This document shows positions 1-9,137 of a stretch of DNA of 64,000 nucleotides, piece after piece. The position numbers and the translations under genes were made by a program. The notes beneath the pieces are model-generated. The model searched no databases. It was given only the letters and a program-made list of their open reading frames with translations, and had not been told where the DNA came from. Numbering within the stretch: position 1 is the stretch's first letter; each line of letters starts with the position of its first letter. Source of the DNA: Patescibacteria group bacterium (lineage in GTDB: Bacteria; Patescibacteriota; Patescibacteriia; 2-12-FULL-57-11); contig SCUL01000001.1 in NCBI GenBank assembly GCA_004297205.1, positions 93,862 to 157,861 on the forward strand, read 5' to 3'.

Positions 1-1073
1 TCGTCCCGGAGCATCTCCAGGCCGAGCATCATCGGCGGCAGGTCCGAGTCGCTGCCAGTGATGACCACCACGTGGGGCTTCGGCAGCGCCACGTCGATAC
101 CCATCGCCTCCTTCTGGTAGGCCTCGAGCTTGCGGCCGGTCAGCCGCCAGAAGATGTAGCGGTAGAGGCGCGCCGTCTGGACGAGCACCTCCGGCGGCAC
201 GATCTGGCCGTGGACCCAGCCGACGTCGTAGTCCGACTCCGGCTTCTTCTTGTCGATCCCGCGCGTCTTGCCCCAAATCCGGACGAACTGCTTGTCGTAG
301 CTCGTCGGGCTCTCCCGCCTGGCCTTGGCCTGGGCCGCGGCCCACTGCCGGCCGTCCCAGAAGCGGGACGAATCCGGGGTCAGCACCTCGTCGCCGACCG
401 TGAGCTGCCCGTCATCGTCGAAGCCGTACTCGAACTTCGTGTCGGCCAGGACGATGCCACGGTCCTGGGCGAACGCGCGCGCCTTCTCGAACAGGCGGAG
501 CGTCAGGTTCTCGACGACGTCGCCGTGCTGCTCGCGCACGCTCTCGGCCGAGATGTGCTCGTCGTGCCCGACCTCGGCCTTGGTGGTCGGGGTGAAGAGC
601 GGCGACTCGAGCCGATCACCGTCCTGGAGGCCCTCGGGCGGCTTGTGCCCGCAGACCTCGCCGGTCTTCTTGTAGGCCGCGAGCCCGCTGCCCGTCAGGC
701 AGCCGCGCGCGATGGCCTCGACCGGCAGCATCAGCAGCTTGCGGACCACTGTGGCCCGCATCTGGAGCATCTGATTGCCCTGGAGCGCCTCGGGCAGGTG
801 CGCGTCGATCGCGCTGCCGCTGGCGACGAGATCGTGCGCGAACTGCTCGCGCATCACCTCCGTCCGCCAGAAGCGGTTCATCGCCGTCAGCACCGCGCCC
901 TTCTGGGGCACCAGCGCGTTCAGGACGAAGTCGAAGATGCTGATGCGGTCGCTGGCGACCACGAGCAGCTTCGACGGGTCCGGGAGGGTGTAGGTGTCGC
1001 GCACCTTCCCCCGCCGCACCAGCTCCAGCCCCGCGAGGGGCTCCTTGATCAGACCATCTGGAATTTTCGTCAT
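1..1073 (-). CDS. purC: bifunctional SAICAR synthetase / AIR carboxylase (PurC-PurE fusion, PAICS-like). The 3' end (PurE domain) runs off the window start
   Basis: Hand translation of the reverse complement from ATG at ~1071-1073 gives MTKIPDGLIKEPLAGLELVRRGKVRDTYTL...LLVVASDRISIFDF (PurC signature). It continues in frame without a stop to ...EAMGIDVALPKPHVVVITGSDSDLPPMMLGLEML (PurE G-S-x-S-D motif). It is absent from the ORF track because it is edge-truncated. Track ORF 72..1115(+) is its antisense artefact. Confidence 0.8.
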   Translation of the reverse strand, partial: MTKIPDGLIKEPLAGLELVRRGKVRDTYTLPDPSKLLVVASDRISIFDFVLNALVPQKGAVLTAMNRFWRTEVMREQFAHDLVASGSAIDAHLPEALQGNQMLQMRATVVRKLLMLPVEAIARGCLTGSGLAAYKKTGEVCGHKPPEGLQDGDRLESPLFTPTTKAEVGHDEHISAESVREQHGDVVENLTLRLFEKARAFAQDRGIVLADTKFEYGFDDDGQLTVGDEVLTPDSSRFWDGRQWAAAQAKARRESPTSYDKQFVRIWGKTRGIDKKKPESDYDVGWVHGQIVPPEVLVQTARLYRYIFWRLTGRKLEAYQKEAMGIDVALPKPHVVVITGSDSDLPPMMLGLEMLRD

Positions 1074-1159
1074 CGCGTGCCCCTCCTGTTTGGGCGGACC
1101 CATCCAACCAAATAGGCGCTCCCTTGTCGAGAGGCGCCTATAAAGTGGTACTAGTATTG

Positions 1160-1999
1160 CTAGTATGCGACGCCGCTGATTTCCTGTTCGCGGCCGTCGG
1201 GGGTGACCCGCGTCACCGTGAACTCGCCCGGGCCGCTCCAATGCAGGTCCTTCCAGTACGGCAAGCGTTTCCCGCTCGCGTCGGTCGCCCAGGGCTCTTC
1301 GGCGGCCGTTTCGGTGGTCACGTCGTGCGAGCTGTCCGTCGCCAAGCTGTACATGGAAATCGGCTCAACACCGCAACCCGCACCGCCGCAGGTGTGCGGA
1401 TACGACAGCACGGTCCAACCCTGCGCACTCCAGATGGGCTTGCCGAACTGAGGAAAATTGTTGAGCGTCTTGTACCCCGCCAACGCGCCGTTATCGGGCT
1501 CGAGCGTGTACGTGCCGGTGACGTAGTTTTCCGGCAACCCGACGCCGCAGTAGTTCTCGTCCACCAGGCAGCCTTGCGGCGCAAAGGAGATCACCAGCCG
1601 CGCCGGACCCCGCGCGAAGTTCAGGGAATCCACGTCCAGTAAGAACGGAGCGTTGGCGTCCGTGTATACCTCGCCGGCGGTCAGGAGGACGTCGCTCTTC
1701 CCGACGACGCGGAGCACGAGCTTGTACTCGCCCAGGCAATAGCGCGTGTCCGCATCCTCCATCACGGCCTGTTTCACTTCGCCTTTGCACAGATAGACCA
1801 CGGCTGAGCCGGAGCCGTACGAAATCGTTCCCGCCTCCTTGTACTCGTCCGCCTGCGGGACGGGAGACGACGGGACGAGCGTGCCGATCCGACCCACCAA
1901 GTCGCGATACTGCGCTTCGCTCTGCCACCACACAAAGCCGATCATGCCGAGCATGATCACGAAGAGAAAGATGACCGCTGCGCCGAGGAGCTTGGACAT
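1160..1999 (-). CDS. hypothetical secreted or membrane-anchored protein (N-terminal TM helix, Cys-containing extracytoplasmic domain)
   Basis: 279-aa ORF with protein-like composition, an N-terminal hydrophobic segment MSKLLGAAVIFLFVIMLGMIGFVWW, and no family I recognise. Confidence 0.55.
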   Translation of the reverse strand: MSKLLGAAVIFLFVIMLGMIGFVWWQSEAQYRDLVGRIGTLVPSSPVPQADEYKEAGTISYGSGSAVVYLCKGEVKQAVMEDADTRYCLGEYKLVLRVVGKSDVLLTAGEVYTDANAPFLLDVDSLNFARGPARLVISFAPQGCLVDENYCGVGLPENYVTGTYTLEPDNGALAGYKTLNNFPQFGKPIWSAQGWTVLSYPHTCGGAGCGVEPISMYSLATDSSHDVTTETAAEEPWATDASGKRLPYWKDLHWSGPGEFTVTRVTPDGREQEISGVAY

Positions 2000-2058
2000 A
2001 GGGTGATGTGCGTTGCTGCCAGCATATCATACGCCGGTCGCCCCCGCGCGCCAGCACG

Positions 2059-2091
2059 ACAAAAAAGAGAACTCGCTGGAAAGCGAGTCTA
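2059..2091 (-). terminator. intrinsic terminator-like hairpin (agaactcgct-ggaa-agcgagtct) with a flanking A/T run, at the 3' end of the Ham1-like gene
   Basis: Inverted repeat plus aaaaaag on the plus strand, which is a T-run on the minus strand. It overlaps the stop codon. Confidence 0.45.
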
Positions 2092-2697
2092 TGCGACGCC
2101 GAGAAGTCGCTTCAATGCCGCGGTAACCGGTTGAAGTTCCAGCATCTCGTCTTCAGGTGTCTGGTCGACGACGTACTTTCCGCTTGGTTCGACGATGTAC
2201 AGCGAACGCGTCGGGAAATGTGGATCGACCTGTCCGTGGACCTCAGCGGTCAGCGTGACCGGCCGATGCGACCGATCTTCACGCACCGTACCGTCGGGCA
2301 GCGACAAAGCGAACGCGTCTTCCCAATGTGCCGGAACCCTTCCACCGTGGCGCACGGCGATCGACCCATAGAACGCGATGTATGCCGCGGCGACCTCGTC
2401 GCGGCTCATGGCCGTTTCGTCGAGTCCCGCCAAGGCGTTCCGTTTGACCATCGCCGGATCCAAATCCTCACTGGGAATGACGAATGCGTTGTCCATGCCG
2501 AGAATGGGCAGGTCGGTGAGCCCGCGGTATGCCAAGACCTTCCGCCGTGCGTTCTCCGCGATGTCGCTCCCTTCGTCGACATCAACCGGTTCCAGACCCA
2601 GATCCTGCGGCACCAGCAACTCCACGCCGGTGTCGCGCAACAACTTGCGGAAGCGTTCCACCTTCGCAGGATTCGTCGTGGCAATCAGAACGCGCAT
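2089..2697 (-). CDS. Ham1/RdgB-like non-canonical purine NTP pyrophosphatase (putative)
   Basis: Internal start MRVLIATTNPAKVERFRKLL resembles the RdgB/Ham1 N-terminus (LATGNxGK). The minus strand has GAGGAGA 5 nt upstream of this ATG. The N-terminal 15 codons of the track ORF are probably not translated. Confidence 0.5.
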   Translation of the reverse strand: MRVLIATTNPAKVERFRKLLRDTGVELLVPQDLGLEPVDVDEGSDIAENARRKVLAYRGLTDLPILGMDNAFVIPSEDLDPAMVKRNALAGLDETAMSRDEVAAAYIAFYGSIAVRHGGRVPAHWEDAFALSLPDGTVREDRSHRPVTLTAEVHGQVDPHFPTRSLYIVEPSGKYVVDQTPEDEMLELQPVTAALKRLLGVA

Positions 2698-2734
2698 ATT
2701 TCTCCTCGGCGCGAGGCTAACACCAACCGACGCT

Positions 2735-3781
2735 TCAGTCAACCAGTGCCAGCACCACGCCGATCACCGCCGCCACGGCGGAAATCACCCAGGCACGCAT
2801 GACGATCTTGGGTTCCGGCCAGCCCATGGCCTCCAGATGATGGTGGATGGGCGCCGACAGGAAGACTTTCTTCTTGCGGATCTTCTTGGACAGCACCTGG
2901 ATGATCACGGAGAGCGACTCGACGACGAAAACGATGCCGATCACGGGCAGGAGCAGTGCCGTGTTGGTGAGCATGGCCACGATGCCGAGCGTGACGCCGA
3001 GCGACATGGCGCCGGTGTCGCCCATGAAGAAACGCGCCGGCATGATGTTGAACCACAGGAACGCCAGGAGCGCCCCGGCGATGACGCCGCAGAACGCGGC
3101 CAGGTCGTAGCGGCCCTGAGCGAAGGCAATTGCTCCGTAGGCGGCGAAGCCGGTGAGCAAGGTGCCGCCGGCCAGACCGTCGAGTCCGTCGGTTTCGTTC
3201 ACGGAAAACGCGGTGGCCACGATCACCAGGAAGAACAGCGGGATGTACCACCAGCCGATGTCGAAAACGCCCAGGAACGGCACCTGGAACTGCGTCCATT
3301 CCAGCTTGAAGAAAAACCACCAGGCGCCGACCGCGGCGATGACGCTGTAGATGGCGAGGCGGTGCCGGGCGCGCAGGCCGCCGCCGTGCGCGCCGATCTT
3401 CCGGACGTTCCAATAGTCGTCGACGAGCCCGACCACGGCCGAGGCTACCAGCGCGCCCAGCGGCAACAGCGTTTCGCTGCGCGTCAGGAAGGAGAGCTGC
3501 GCGAAGATGCCGTCGAACCAGACGCCGAGCGCGGCCAGCGCCAGCGCCAGCACCGCCGTCGTCACCCAGACGAGCAACCCGCCCATGACCGGCGTGCCGG
3601 ACTTGGCGGCGTGGAGCTTGGCGTAAATCGGCGCCTCATCCGCCGAACGGATGCTCTTGCCGAGCTTGTACTTGTACAGGAAGTGGGTCAGCGCCGGCGT
3701 CCAGGCCATGGCCGCGACGAAGCTCAGCGTGGCAAGGACTCCGATTTTGATGACGGCGAAAGTGATGGGCATGTCAGGCAA
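2735..3781 (-). CDS. mraY: phospho-N-acetylmuramoyl-pentapeptide transferase MraY
   Basis: Motifs NETDGLDGLA, MGDTGA and APIHHHLE, in a polytopic membrane protein of about 348 aa. Confidence 0.9.
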   Translation of the reverse strand: MPDMPITFAVIKIGVLATLSFVAAMAWTPALTHFLYKYKLGKSIRSADEAPIYAKLHAAKSGTPVMGGLLVWVTTAVLALALAALGVWFDGIFAQLSFLTRSETLLPLGALVASAVVGLVDDYWNVRKIGAHGGGLRARHRLAIYSVIAAVGAWWFFFKLEWTQFQVPFLGVFDIGWWYIPLFFLVIVATAFSVNETDGLDGLAGGTLLTGFAAYGAIAFAQGRYDLAAFCGVIAGALLAFLWFNIMPARFFMGDTGAMSLGVTLGIVAMLTNTALLLPVIGIVFVVESLSVIIQVLSKKIRKKKVFLSAPIHHHLEAMGWPEPKIVMRAWVISAVAAVIGVVLALVD

Positions 3782-4154
3782 CGTTGAGCAGGGCGACGAG
3801 CGCCGAGGCGGCCAAGAGCACCACGAGGATGGCGACGGTGACTGCGGCGCTGACCCGGGCCACCAACGGTTCCTTCTCCGCGAAGGCGGCCACGAGCCCC
3901 AGGTTGATCAAGAAAATGGCGGTCGCGAGGTAGGCCGGCAGGAACACCTGCCACCACGGGCCGACGCGGTCCACGCCGAAGTAAATCGTGTAATGGACCG
4001 GAAAGATGCGCTCCTCCATGCGCAGCGGCCAGACCACCCAGCCGATCACCCCGTAGCTCGCCGCGAGCATCAGGATGCACAACGCGAGCCAGCCCGTCAT
4101 GAGCGGGCCGCGCACGGCGGCACGGAAGCGCGGAAGCACGGGCGGAAACGGCAT
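3774..4154 (-). CDS. small hypothetical membrane protein (3-4 TM helices). Start may be the internal Met at ~4100.
   Basis: Hydrophobic 126-aa ORF whose 5' end is directly upstream of mraY and overlaps it by 8 nt. No family recognised. Confidence 0.4.
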   Translation of the reverse strand: MPFPPVLPRFRAAVRGPLMTGWLALCILMLAASYGVIGWVVWPLRMEERIFPVHYTIYFGVDRVGPWWQVFLPAYLATAIFLINLGLVAAFAEKEPLVARVSAAVTVAILVVLLAASALVALLNVA

Positions 4155-4188
4155 GGGAACGCAGCCAGTATAGCCACGCGCCCCGCGC

Positions 4189-4217
4189 TTGACAAACCTG
4201 GGGCGGACAGGTAATTT
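4189..4217 (+). promoter_or_regulatory. near-consensus sigma70-type promoter TTGACA-17nt-TAATTT upstream of rpmA
   Basis: cTTGACAaacctggggcggacaggTAATTTgcgg lies ~27 nt upstream of the rpmA ATG. Confidence 0.5.
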
Positions 4218-4243
4218 GCGGGCAATTCTCTACCGAACCCCGT

Positions 4244-4531
4244 ATGGCACATAAGAAAGCAGGTGGCTCTACAGCACTCGGCCGCGATTCCCACGGCCAG
4301 CGTTTGGGCATCAAAGTGGCCGGCGGCGACCTGGCCAAGCCGGGCGCGATCATCGTCCGCCAGCGCGGCACCCGCATCTTCCCGGGCCGCAACGTGATGC
4401 GCGGCAGCGACGACACGCTGTTCGCCACGGCCGAAGGCGTCGTCTCCTTCCTGGACACCAAAAAGGAAAACTTCCACGGCATCCCGCGGACCATCAAGAC
4501 GGTCCACGTCGATCCCGTAAAGTCGAAGTAA
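4244..4531 (+). CDS. rpmA: 50S ribosomal protein L27
   Basis: [28 protein letters not shown]...[13 protein letters not shown] matches the L27 signature. Confidence 0.9.
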   Translation: MAHKKAGGSTALGRDSHGQRLGIKVAGGDLAKPGAIIVRQRGTRIFPGRNVMRGSDDTLFATAEGVVSFLDTKKENFHGIPRTIKTVHVDPVKSK

Positions 4532-4540
4532 ACCGAACGA

Positions 4541-4580
4541 AAAGAAAGAGCGCCGGGTGCGAACCAGGCGCTCTTTGTTA
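4541..4580. terminator. bidirectional intrinsic terminator hairpin (AGAGCGCC-12nt loop-GGCGCTCT) between convergent rpmA and the surface-protein gene
   Basis: 8-bp perfect stem with aaagaaag upstream and ttgtta downstream. Confidence 0.55.
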
Positions 4581-4598
4581 TTCGGACTGACGGAGAGG

Positions 4599-6926
4599 TT
4601 ACGGGTATGGCAGCGCCAACCCGGACTCAAACCCGACAATGTCGACTCCGCTCGCGGGCAAACCCGTCCGTGAAGCGATGACAAACGTGGACGAGAAACG
4701 GTTCAAGGCGAGGACGTTTGCGCTCGCATGCCGGCGAACCTTGCCCGATGCGTCCGTGGAGATCCACCAGTACCCGCCGATCCCGTCGGCGACGACGGTT
4801 CCCGTCGGAATTTCTCCCAGAATCAGCGGTTCGCCGCTCGCATAGTCAGCGAACAACGTCGCATCGACATCGCGCACGCGCGCCGCCCATGACGACCCGT
4901 AGAGATCTTGGGCGATGCCCTCCGAGGGGATCCAGCGCAGCACGCCGCCCGGCTCGATGGCGTAGACCTTGGGGTCGGAGACGATCTTCACCGGATGCGT
5001 CCCCGGTCGCATGATGACGTTTTTCCCCAGCGGCAGCGCGGCCAGCGTCGCGTCGCTCACCGTCTTCACTCCCGAAAAGTCCGGGAACCACGTCCGATAG
5101 ACCGTTTCGTTCGGAAAGGCGTGCCGCTTGCCGTCGGAGGAGACGGCATAGACGGCAGCCGTGGTGCCACGGACGAGGTCGCCCGCGGCGACGCCCGCGG
5201 GGAGCGTGGGGGCGGCGGGCGAGGCCGGGGGCGCCGACGGAGGAGTCCCCGGTGGCGTGGCCGGCGGCGTGGATGTCGATGCCGTCACGACGAAGGGGTA
5301 TTCCGTCGCGTCGGTGCGCACGTTGCCGGCCGCATCAACCGGATGGAAGGTGTAGTAGTACGTCGCGCCCGCCGTCAAACCGAGGTCGGTGTAGGTGCCA
5401 GCAAGCGTCTCAGTGAGTGTCGTGCCGAGCGCCTGCGACACCGCGGCCCGCAGGACGCGCACGCCCGCGAGATCGGCGTCCGCGGGGTTTGTCCAGGCAA
5501 GAACCGCCGAATGCCCGTCGGTTCCGAGGGTCGCGCTCACGTTCGTGACGGGCCCCGGCGGGGTCGTATCCCCGCCGCCGGCGCCGGCCGGAGCGCTGAA
5601 GGTATCCGCGGCGACGGCCGTGTTCTCCTCGATCGTCGCGTTCCCCGTGGTCGTCGTCTTGATCTGATATGTCCCGCCGCTTCCCGATGTCGTCGGGTTC
5701 TTGATGTTCGCAATCGTGCAGCTCTCCGCGGCCGCGTTCTGGACGCTCCCGGCGGAACGCGTGATCGTCACGACCTGTCCGGAGACGGCGGTCGCAAAGC
5801 TGCCGTCCATGCTCGAGCAGGTACCACCGCTTGCCTGGCTGACGTCGAAGCCGGTCGGGAACGTCACGACGATCTTCCCGTCGACGGGAATCGCGCTTTG
5901 CGTGGTGAGGGAGACGTTGACCGTGCCGATGACTCCACGCGTCAAACTCACCGGCTCGACGTTCGCGGGGGTGAGACTCCCCGCAGTGAACGTGTCGGCA
6001 GTAACGGCCGCATCCTGCTCGATGGTCTGGGTAGCCCCGCCGGAGGCTTGCGTCTCAATGGCATAGGTTCCGGCCGCTCCCGTGCCCGGATTGATGACGC
6101 GGCCAATGGCGCAGGTCTGGACGCCATTGGGCTCGGTGGTGCCCCCGCTCCTGGTGATGCTCACGACCTGTCCGACGACGGCGGTCGCGAACGTACCGTC
6201 CATCGAGGTACACGTACCGTCGAGTACGGCCACGGACGTCAGGATGAAGTTGGAGGGGAAGGTCACCTGGATGATGCCGTTTGCCGGTGTCGACGTGGTC
6301 TGCGTGAATGTGATGGTCGAGGTCGTCATCCGACCCGCCACGAGGGAGGCAGGCTCCACGTTGGTGCTGGTGAGCGTCGCCGGCGTCACCGTGATCGCCG
6401 TGTTGACGTTCGCGGTGCCATACGCCGCTCCCCCGTCGATGGAGAATTCCAGCGCCGCGGCGGCGGTCTCGTAATTGACGCCGATGATGCCGAGGTCGGC
6501 GATGGTGAGGGTGGCAAGAGGAGAGAAACGTTCCGTGGCGTTGATGACCAGCACCTTGTTGTTGCTTTCGTATGAAACCGTCGCGGACGTCGAGGTGGAT
6601 GCCGTTCCGCCGATCGTCGCCGTCGTGTCGAAGGGGTTCCAAACGGCGTTCACGGCGGCCGGGATGCGGATGCGCAGGTCATTGGTCGCGGTGACTTCCG
6701 ACGGGCTGACGTCGGTGAAGGTCAGCGTGTTGATGGTCGACGTTGCCGCCCCGACAACGATGCTTTGGGCGGTGCCGGTGAGCGTGCCCGTGGGGGCCGC
6801 AGCCCGCGCCCTGTTCACAAAAAACAGGCCGAACGCCGTCAGTGCGAGAAGGGACAAAAAAACGACCGGCAACACCCCTCTCCGGAGTTGTCCGAACGCG
6901 CGACTTTGGCTGTACATATCTTCCAT
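4599..6926 (-). CDS. large secreted cell-surface protein: signal/TM anchor, FN3-like segment, Pro-rich linker and two ~130-aa tandem repeat domains
   Basis: 775-aa ORF with N-terminal VLPVVFLSLLALTAFGLFFV. The repeat units TLTSTNVEPASL...QTCAIGRVINPGTGAAGTYAIETQASGG and LTPANVEPVSL...SCTIANIKNPTTSGSGGTYQIKTTTTGN are about 50% identical. It also has the linker PPATPPGTPPSAPPASPAAP. Confidence 0.7.
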   Translation of the reverse strand: MEDMYSQSRAFGQLRRGVLPVVFLSLLALTAFGLFFVNRARAAAPTGTLTGTAQSIVVGAATSTINTLTFTDVSPSEVTATNDLRIRIPAAVNAVWNPFDTTATIGGTASTSTSATVSYESNNKVLVINATERFSPLATLTIADLGIIGVNYETAAAALEFSIDGGAAYGTANVNTAITVTPATLTSTNVEPASLVAGRMTTSTITFTQTTSTPANGIIQVTFPSNFILTSVAVLDGTCTSMDGTFATAVVGQVVSITRSGGTTEPNGVQTCAIGRVINPGTGAAGTYAIETQASGGATQTIEQDAAVTADTFTAGSLTPANVEPVSLTRGVIGTVNVSLTTQSAIPVDGKIVVTFPTGFDVSQASGGTCSSMDGSFATAVSGQVVTITRSAGSVQNAAAESCTIANIKNPTTSGSGGTYQIKTTTTGNATIEENTAVAADTFSAPAGAGGGDTTPPGPVTNVSATLGTDGHSAVLAWTNPADADLAGVRVLRAAVSQALGTTLTETLAGTYTDLGLTAGATYYYTFHPVDAAGNVRTDATEYPFVVTASTSTPPATPPGTPPSAPPASPAAPTLPAGVAAGDLVRGTTAAVYAVSSDGKRHAFPNETVYRTWFPDFSGVKTVSDATLAALPLGKNVIMRPGTHPVKIVSDPKVYAIEPGGVLRWIPSEGIAQDLYGSSWAARVRDVDATLFADYASGEPLILGEIPTGTVVADGIGGYWWISTDASGKVRRHASANVLALNRFSSTFVIASRTGLPASGVDIVGFESGLALPYP

Positions 6927-6988
6927 TCCTAAGATTCGTTATCGAAAGAATGATACACCACTCGGGGGAGGTGGCTGTGGACAACTCT

Positions 6989-8605
6989 CTACTTCCTCCG
7001 TTTGACCGCCGCGGCCAGGAAGGCGTGGAACAACGGATGCGGTTTGAGCGGGGTCGACTGGAATTCCGGATGAAATTGCACGCCGACGAAGAACGGATGG
7101 TCCTTGATCTCGATGATTTCCACCAAATGGCCGTCCGGCGACGTGCCGGAGACGACGAGCCCCTTGGCCTCAAGGCGCTTGCGGTAAGCGTTATTGAACT
7201 CGTACCGGTGGCGGTGGCGCTCCCCGACCGTTTCCTTGCCGTAGGCGGCGCGGCTGACGGTGCCACGGGCGATTTTGCAGGGCCAGGTGCCGAGCCGCAT
7301 GGTGGCGCCGTACTCCTGTTTGAGCAGCTTCTTTTCCTGCTCCGGCATGATGTGGATGACGGGGTGCTTGCTCTTGGGGTCGACTTCCGTGGTGTTGGCC
7401 TCTTTCAGCCCGGCGACGTTACGGGCGAACTCCACGCAGGCCAGCTGCATGCCGTAACACAGCCCGTAGTACGGAATCTTCTTTTCACGGGCATAGCGGA
7501 TGGCGGAGATGATGCCTTCGATGCCGCGGCTGCCGAAGCCGCCCGGCACGGCGATGGCGTCGACGCCGGACAGCACCTCGTCTGCGCCGAGTTTTTCGAT
7601 ACGCTGCGAATCGACCCAAACCAGCTCCGGCTTGCGGCCGAGCGCCCACGCCGCATGCTTCAGCGATTCGATGACCGAAATATAGACGTCGGAGAGCTGG
7701 TATTTGCCGCTGCCGAAATATTTGCCGACCACGGCGATCTTGATCGGCCGCCGCGCCCGCTTGATGCCCGTCACGAGCGCCCGCCACTTCTTGAGATCGA
7801 CTTTGCGGTTGCGCAGGCCGAGCTTGTTCAAAATCTTGTCAGCGAATTTCTGCTCTTCCAGGATCAAGGGAATCTCGTAAATCGAACCGACGTCCGGATT
7901 ACTGATGACGTCGCGCTTGTCGATGTTGCAAAACAGGGCGATGCGCTCCTTCCGCCGGTCGTCCATCGATTCCTCGGACCGACCGACCACGAATTCCGGC
8001 TGGATGCCCATGGAGTTCAACATGCGCACGCTCTGCTGGACCGGCTTGGTCTTCATCTCGCCCAAGTAGCCCGGCACCGGCAAATAGGCCACGTGGATCT
8101 GGATGATGTCCTTGGGCCGGCGCATCTTCATGATGCGGGTGGCCTCGAAGAAGATGCCGTTCTGGTACTCCCCGACCGTGCCGCCCAGCTCGACGATGAC
8201 GATGTCCGCGCCTTTGCCGGCGGCGTCGAAGCGGCGGATGATTTCGTCGGTGATGTGCGGGATGGCCTCGACGTCTTCGCCTTCATATGCAAAAGCCCGC
8301 TCCTTGCGCAGCACCTCGGCGTAGACCTGTCCGGTCGTGAGGTAGTTGACGCGATGGAGCGGGCGGCCGAGGAAACGTTCGTAATTGCCCAAGTCCTGGT
8401 CCGTTTCGAGTCCGTCTTCGGTGACGAAGACTTCGCCGTGTTCGACTGGTCGGATGGTGCCGGCGTCGACGTTCAGGTACATGTCGACCTTCATCGGCGA
8501 GACGCGGTAGCCGCGGGCTTGCAGGATCGTGCCGAGCGACGCGGTGGTGATCCCCTTGCCGAGGCCGGAGATGACGCCGCCGGAGATGAAGATGAACTTG
8601 GGCAT
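6989..8605 (-). CDS. pyrG: CTP synthase
   Basis: MPKFIFISGGVISGLGKGITTASLG at the N-terminus and a C-terminal glutamine amidotransferase domain (GLCYGMQLA, HPEF). The start was placed at the internal Met matching the PyrG N-terminus. Confidence 0.9.
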   Translation of the reverse strand: MPKFIFISGGVISGLGKGITTASLGTILQARGYRVSPMKVDMYLNVDAGTIRPVEHGEVFVTEDGLETDQDLGNYERFLGRPLHRVNYLTTGQVYAEVLRKERAFAYEGEDVEAIPHITDEIIRRFDAAGKGADIVIVELGGTVGEYQNGIFFEATRIMKMRRPKDIIQIHVAYLPVPGYLGEMKTKPVQQSVRMLNSMGIQPEFVVGRSEESMDDRRKERIALFCNIDKRDVISNPDVGSIYEIPLILEEQKFADKILNKLGLRNRKVDLKKWRALVTGIKRARRPIKIAVVGKYFGSGKYQLSDVYISVIESLKHAAWALGRKPELVWVDSQRIEKLGADEVLSGVDAIAVPGGFGSRGIEGIISAIRYAREKKIPYYGLCYGMQLACVEFARNVAGLKEANTTEVDPKSKHPVIHIMPEQEKKLLKQEYGATMRLGTWPCKIARGTVSRAAYGKETVGERHRHRYEFNNAYRKRLEAKGLVVSGTSPDGHLVEIIEIKDHPFFVGVQFHPEFQSTPLKPHPLFHAFLAAAVKRRK

Positions 8606-8606
8606 G

Positions 8607-9050
8607 TCAGGCAGGGATGATGGTGATATGCAGCGAGGCGACCTTGCCACCGCCGAGTTTGACCGGCACGTCGGCCGGACCGAGCTTCTTGATGGGGCCG
8701 GTCAGCGCGAGCTGTTCCTTGGCGATGATGAGCCCGGCCGCGGACGCCGCCTCAAGTATAGCGGAAACGCCGACCCCTGCGTACGGTTCGCCCTGGTCGT
8801 TGACGCGCACCCGCATGGTCAAAGCCGCAGCACCCAGCTGTTTGCCGAGGTCCTTGGCCGCCTTCTGCGCCTGGCGCTGCTCCTTTTCCTTGCGTTTGAC
8901 CCGCGCTTCGGCCTGGGCGAGCGCCGCAGGCGACGCCGGCACCGCCAATCCGCGCGGCAGCAGCATGTTGCGGGCCAGCCCGTTGGCCACGTCAACGAGG
9001 TCTCCGGTCCGGCCGACGTTCGGCACATCCTTCACCAAAACAACCTTCAT
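8607..9050 (-). CDS. rplI: 50S ribosomal protein L9
   Basis: C-terminal 147 aa of the track ORF: MKVVLVKDVPNVGRTGDLVDVANGLARNMLLPRGLAVPAS is the L9 signature. The upstream part of the track ORF is junk. The stop abuts the pyrG start with a 1-nt gap. Confidence 0.85.
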   Translation of the reverse strand: MKVVLVKDVPNVGRTGDLVDVANGLARNMLLPRGLAVPASPAALAQAEARVKRKEKEQRQAQKAAKDLGKQLGAAALTMRVRVNDQGEPYAGVGVSAILEAASAAGLIIAKEQLALTGPIKKLGPADVPVKLGGGKVASLHITIIPA

Positions 9051-9081
9051 ACGGCTGCAAGTATAGTCGCCCGGCCCCTGC

Positions 9082-9110
9082 TTGACAAAAGTACCTGCGA
9101 CCCGCAGTAT
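9082..9110 (+). promoter_or_regulatory. sigma70-like promoter TTGACA-17nt-CAGTAT. It shares the gCTTGACAAA motif with the rpmA promoter.
   Basis: ctgCTTGACAaaagtacctgcgacccgCAGTATgcg is followed by RBS AGGAGGA and the ATG at 9138. Confidence 0.4.
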
Positions 9111-9137
9111 GCGCCGCACGTCGGACCAGGAGGACAC

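Noticed and set aside
72-1115. 347-aa plus-strand ORF and the overlapping 163-aa and 116-aa ORFs at the window start
   Set aside because: They have R/L/A/G-rich low-complexity composition and are antisense to, or in a shifted frame of, the clearly recognisable purC-purE gene on the minus strand.
4908-6575. 555-aa plus-strand ORF
   Set aside because: It is antisense to the large surface-protein gene and has extreme R/G/D composition typical of GC-rich antisense frames.
6842-8620. 592-aa plus-strand ORF
   Set aside because: It is antisense to pyrG, a confident CTP synthase, and has junk composition.
8529-9137. 5' two-thirds of track ORF 8529..9479
   Set aside because: Only the last 113 codons behind a strong AGGAGGA RBS look real. 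The upstream part is antisense to rplI.
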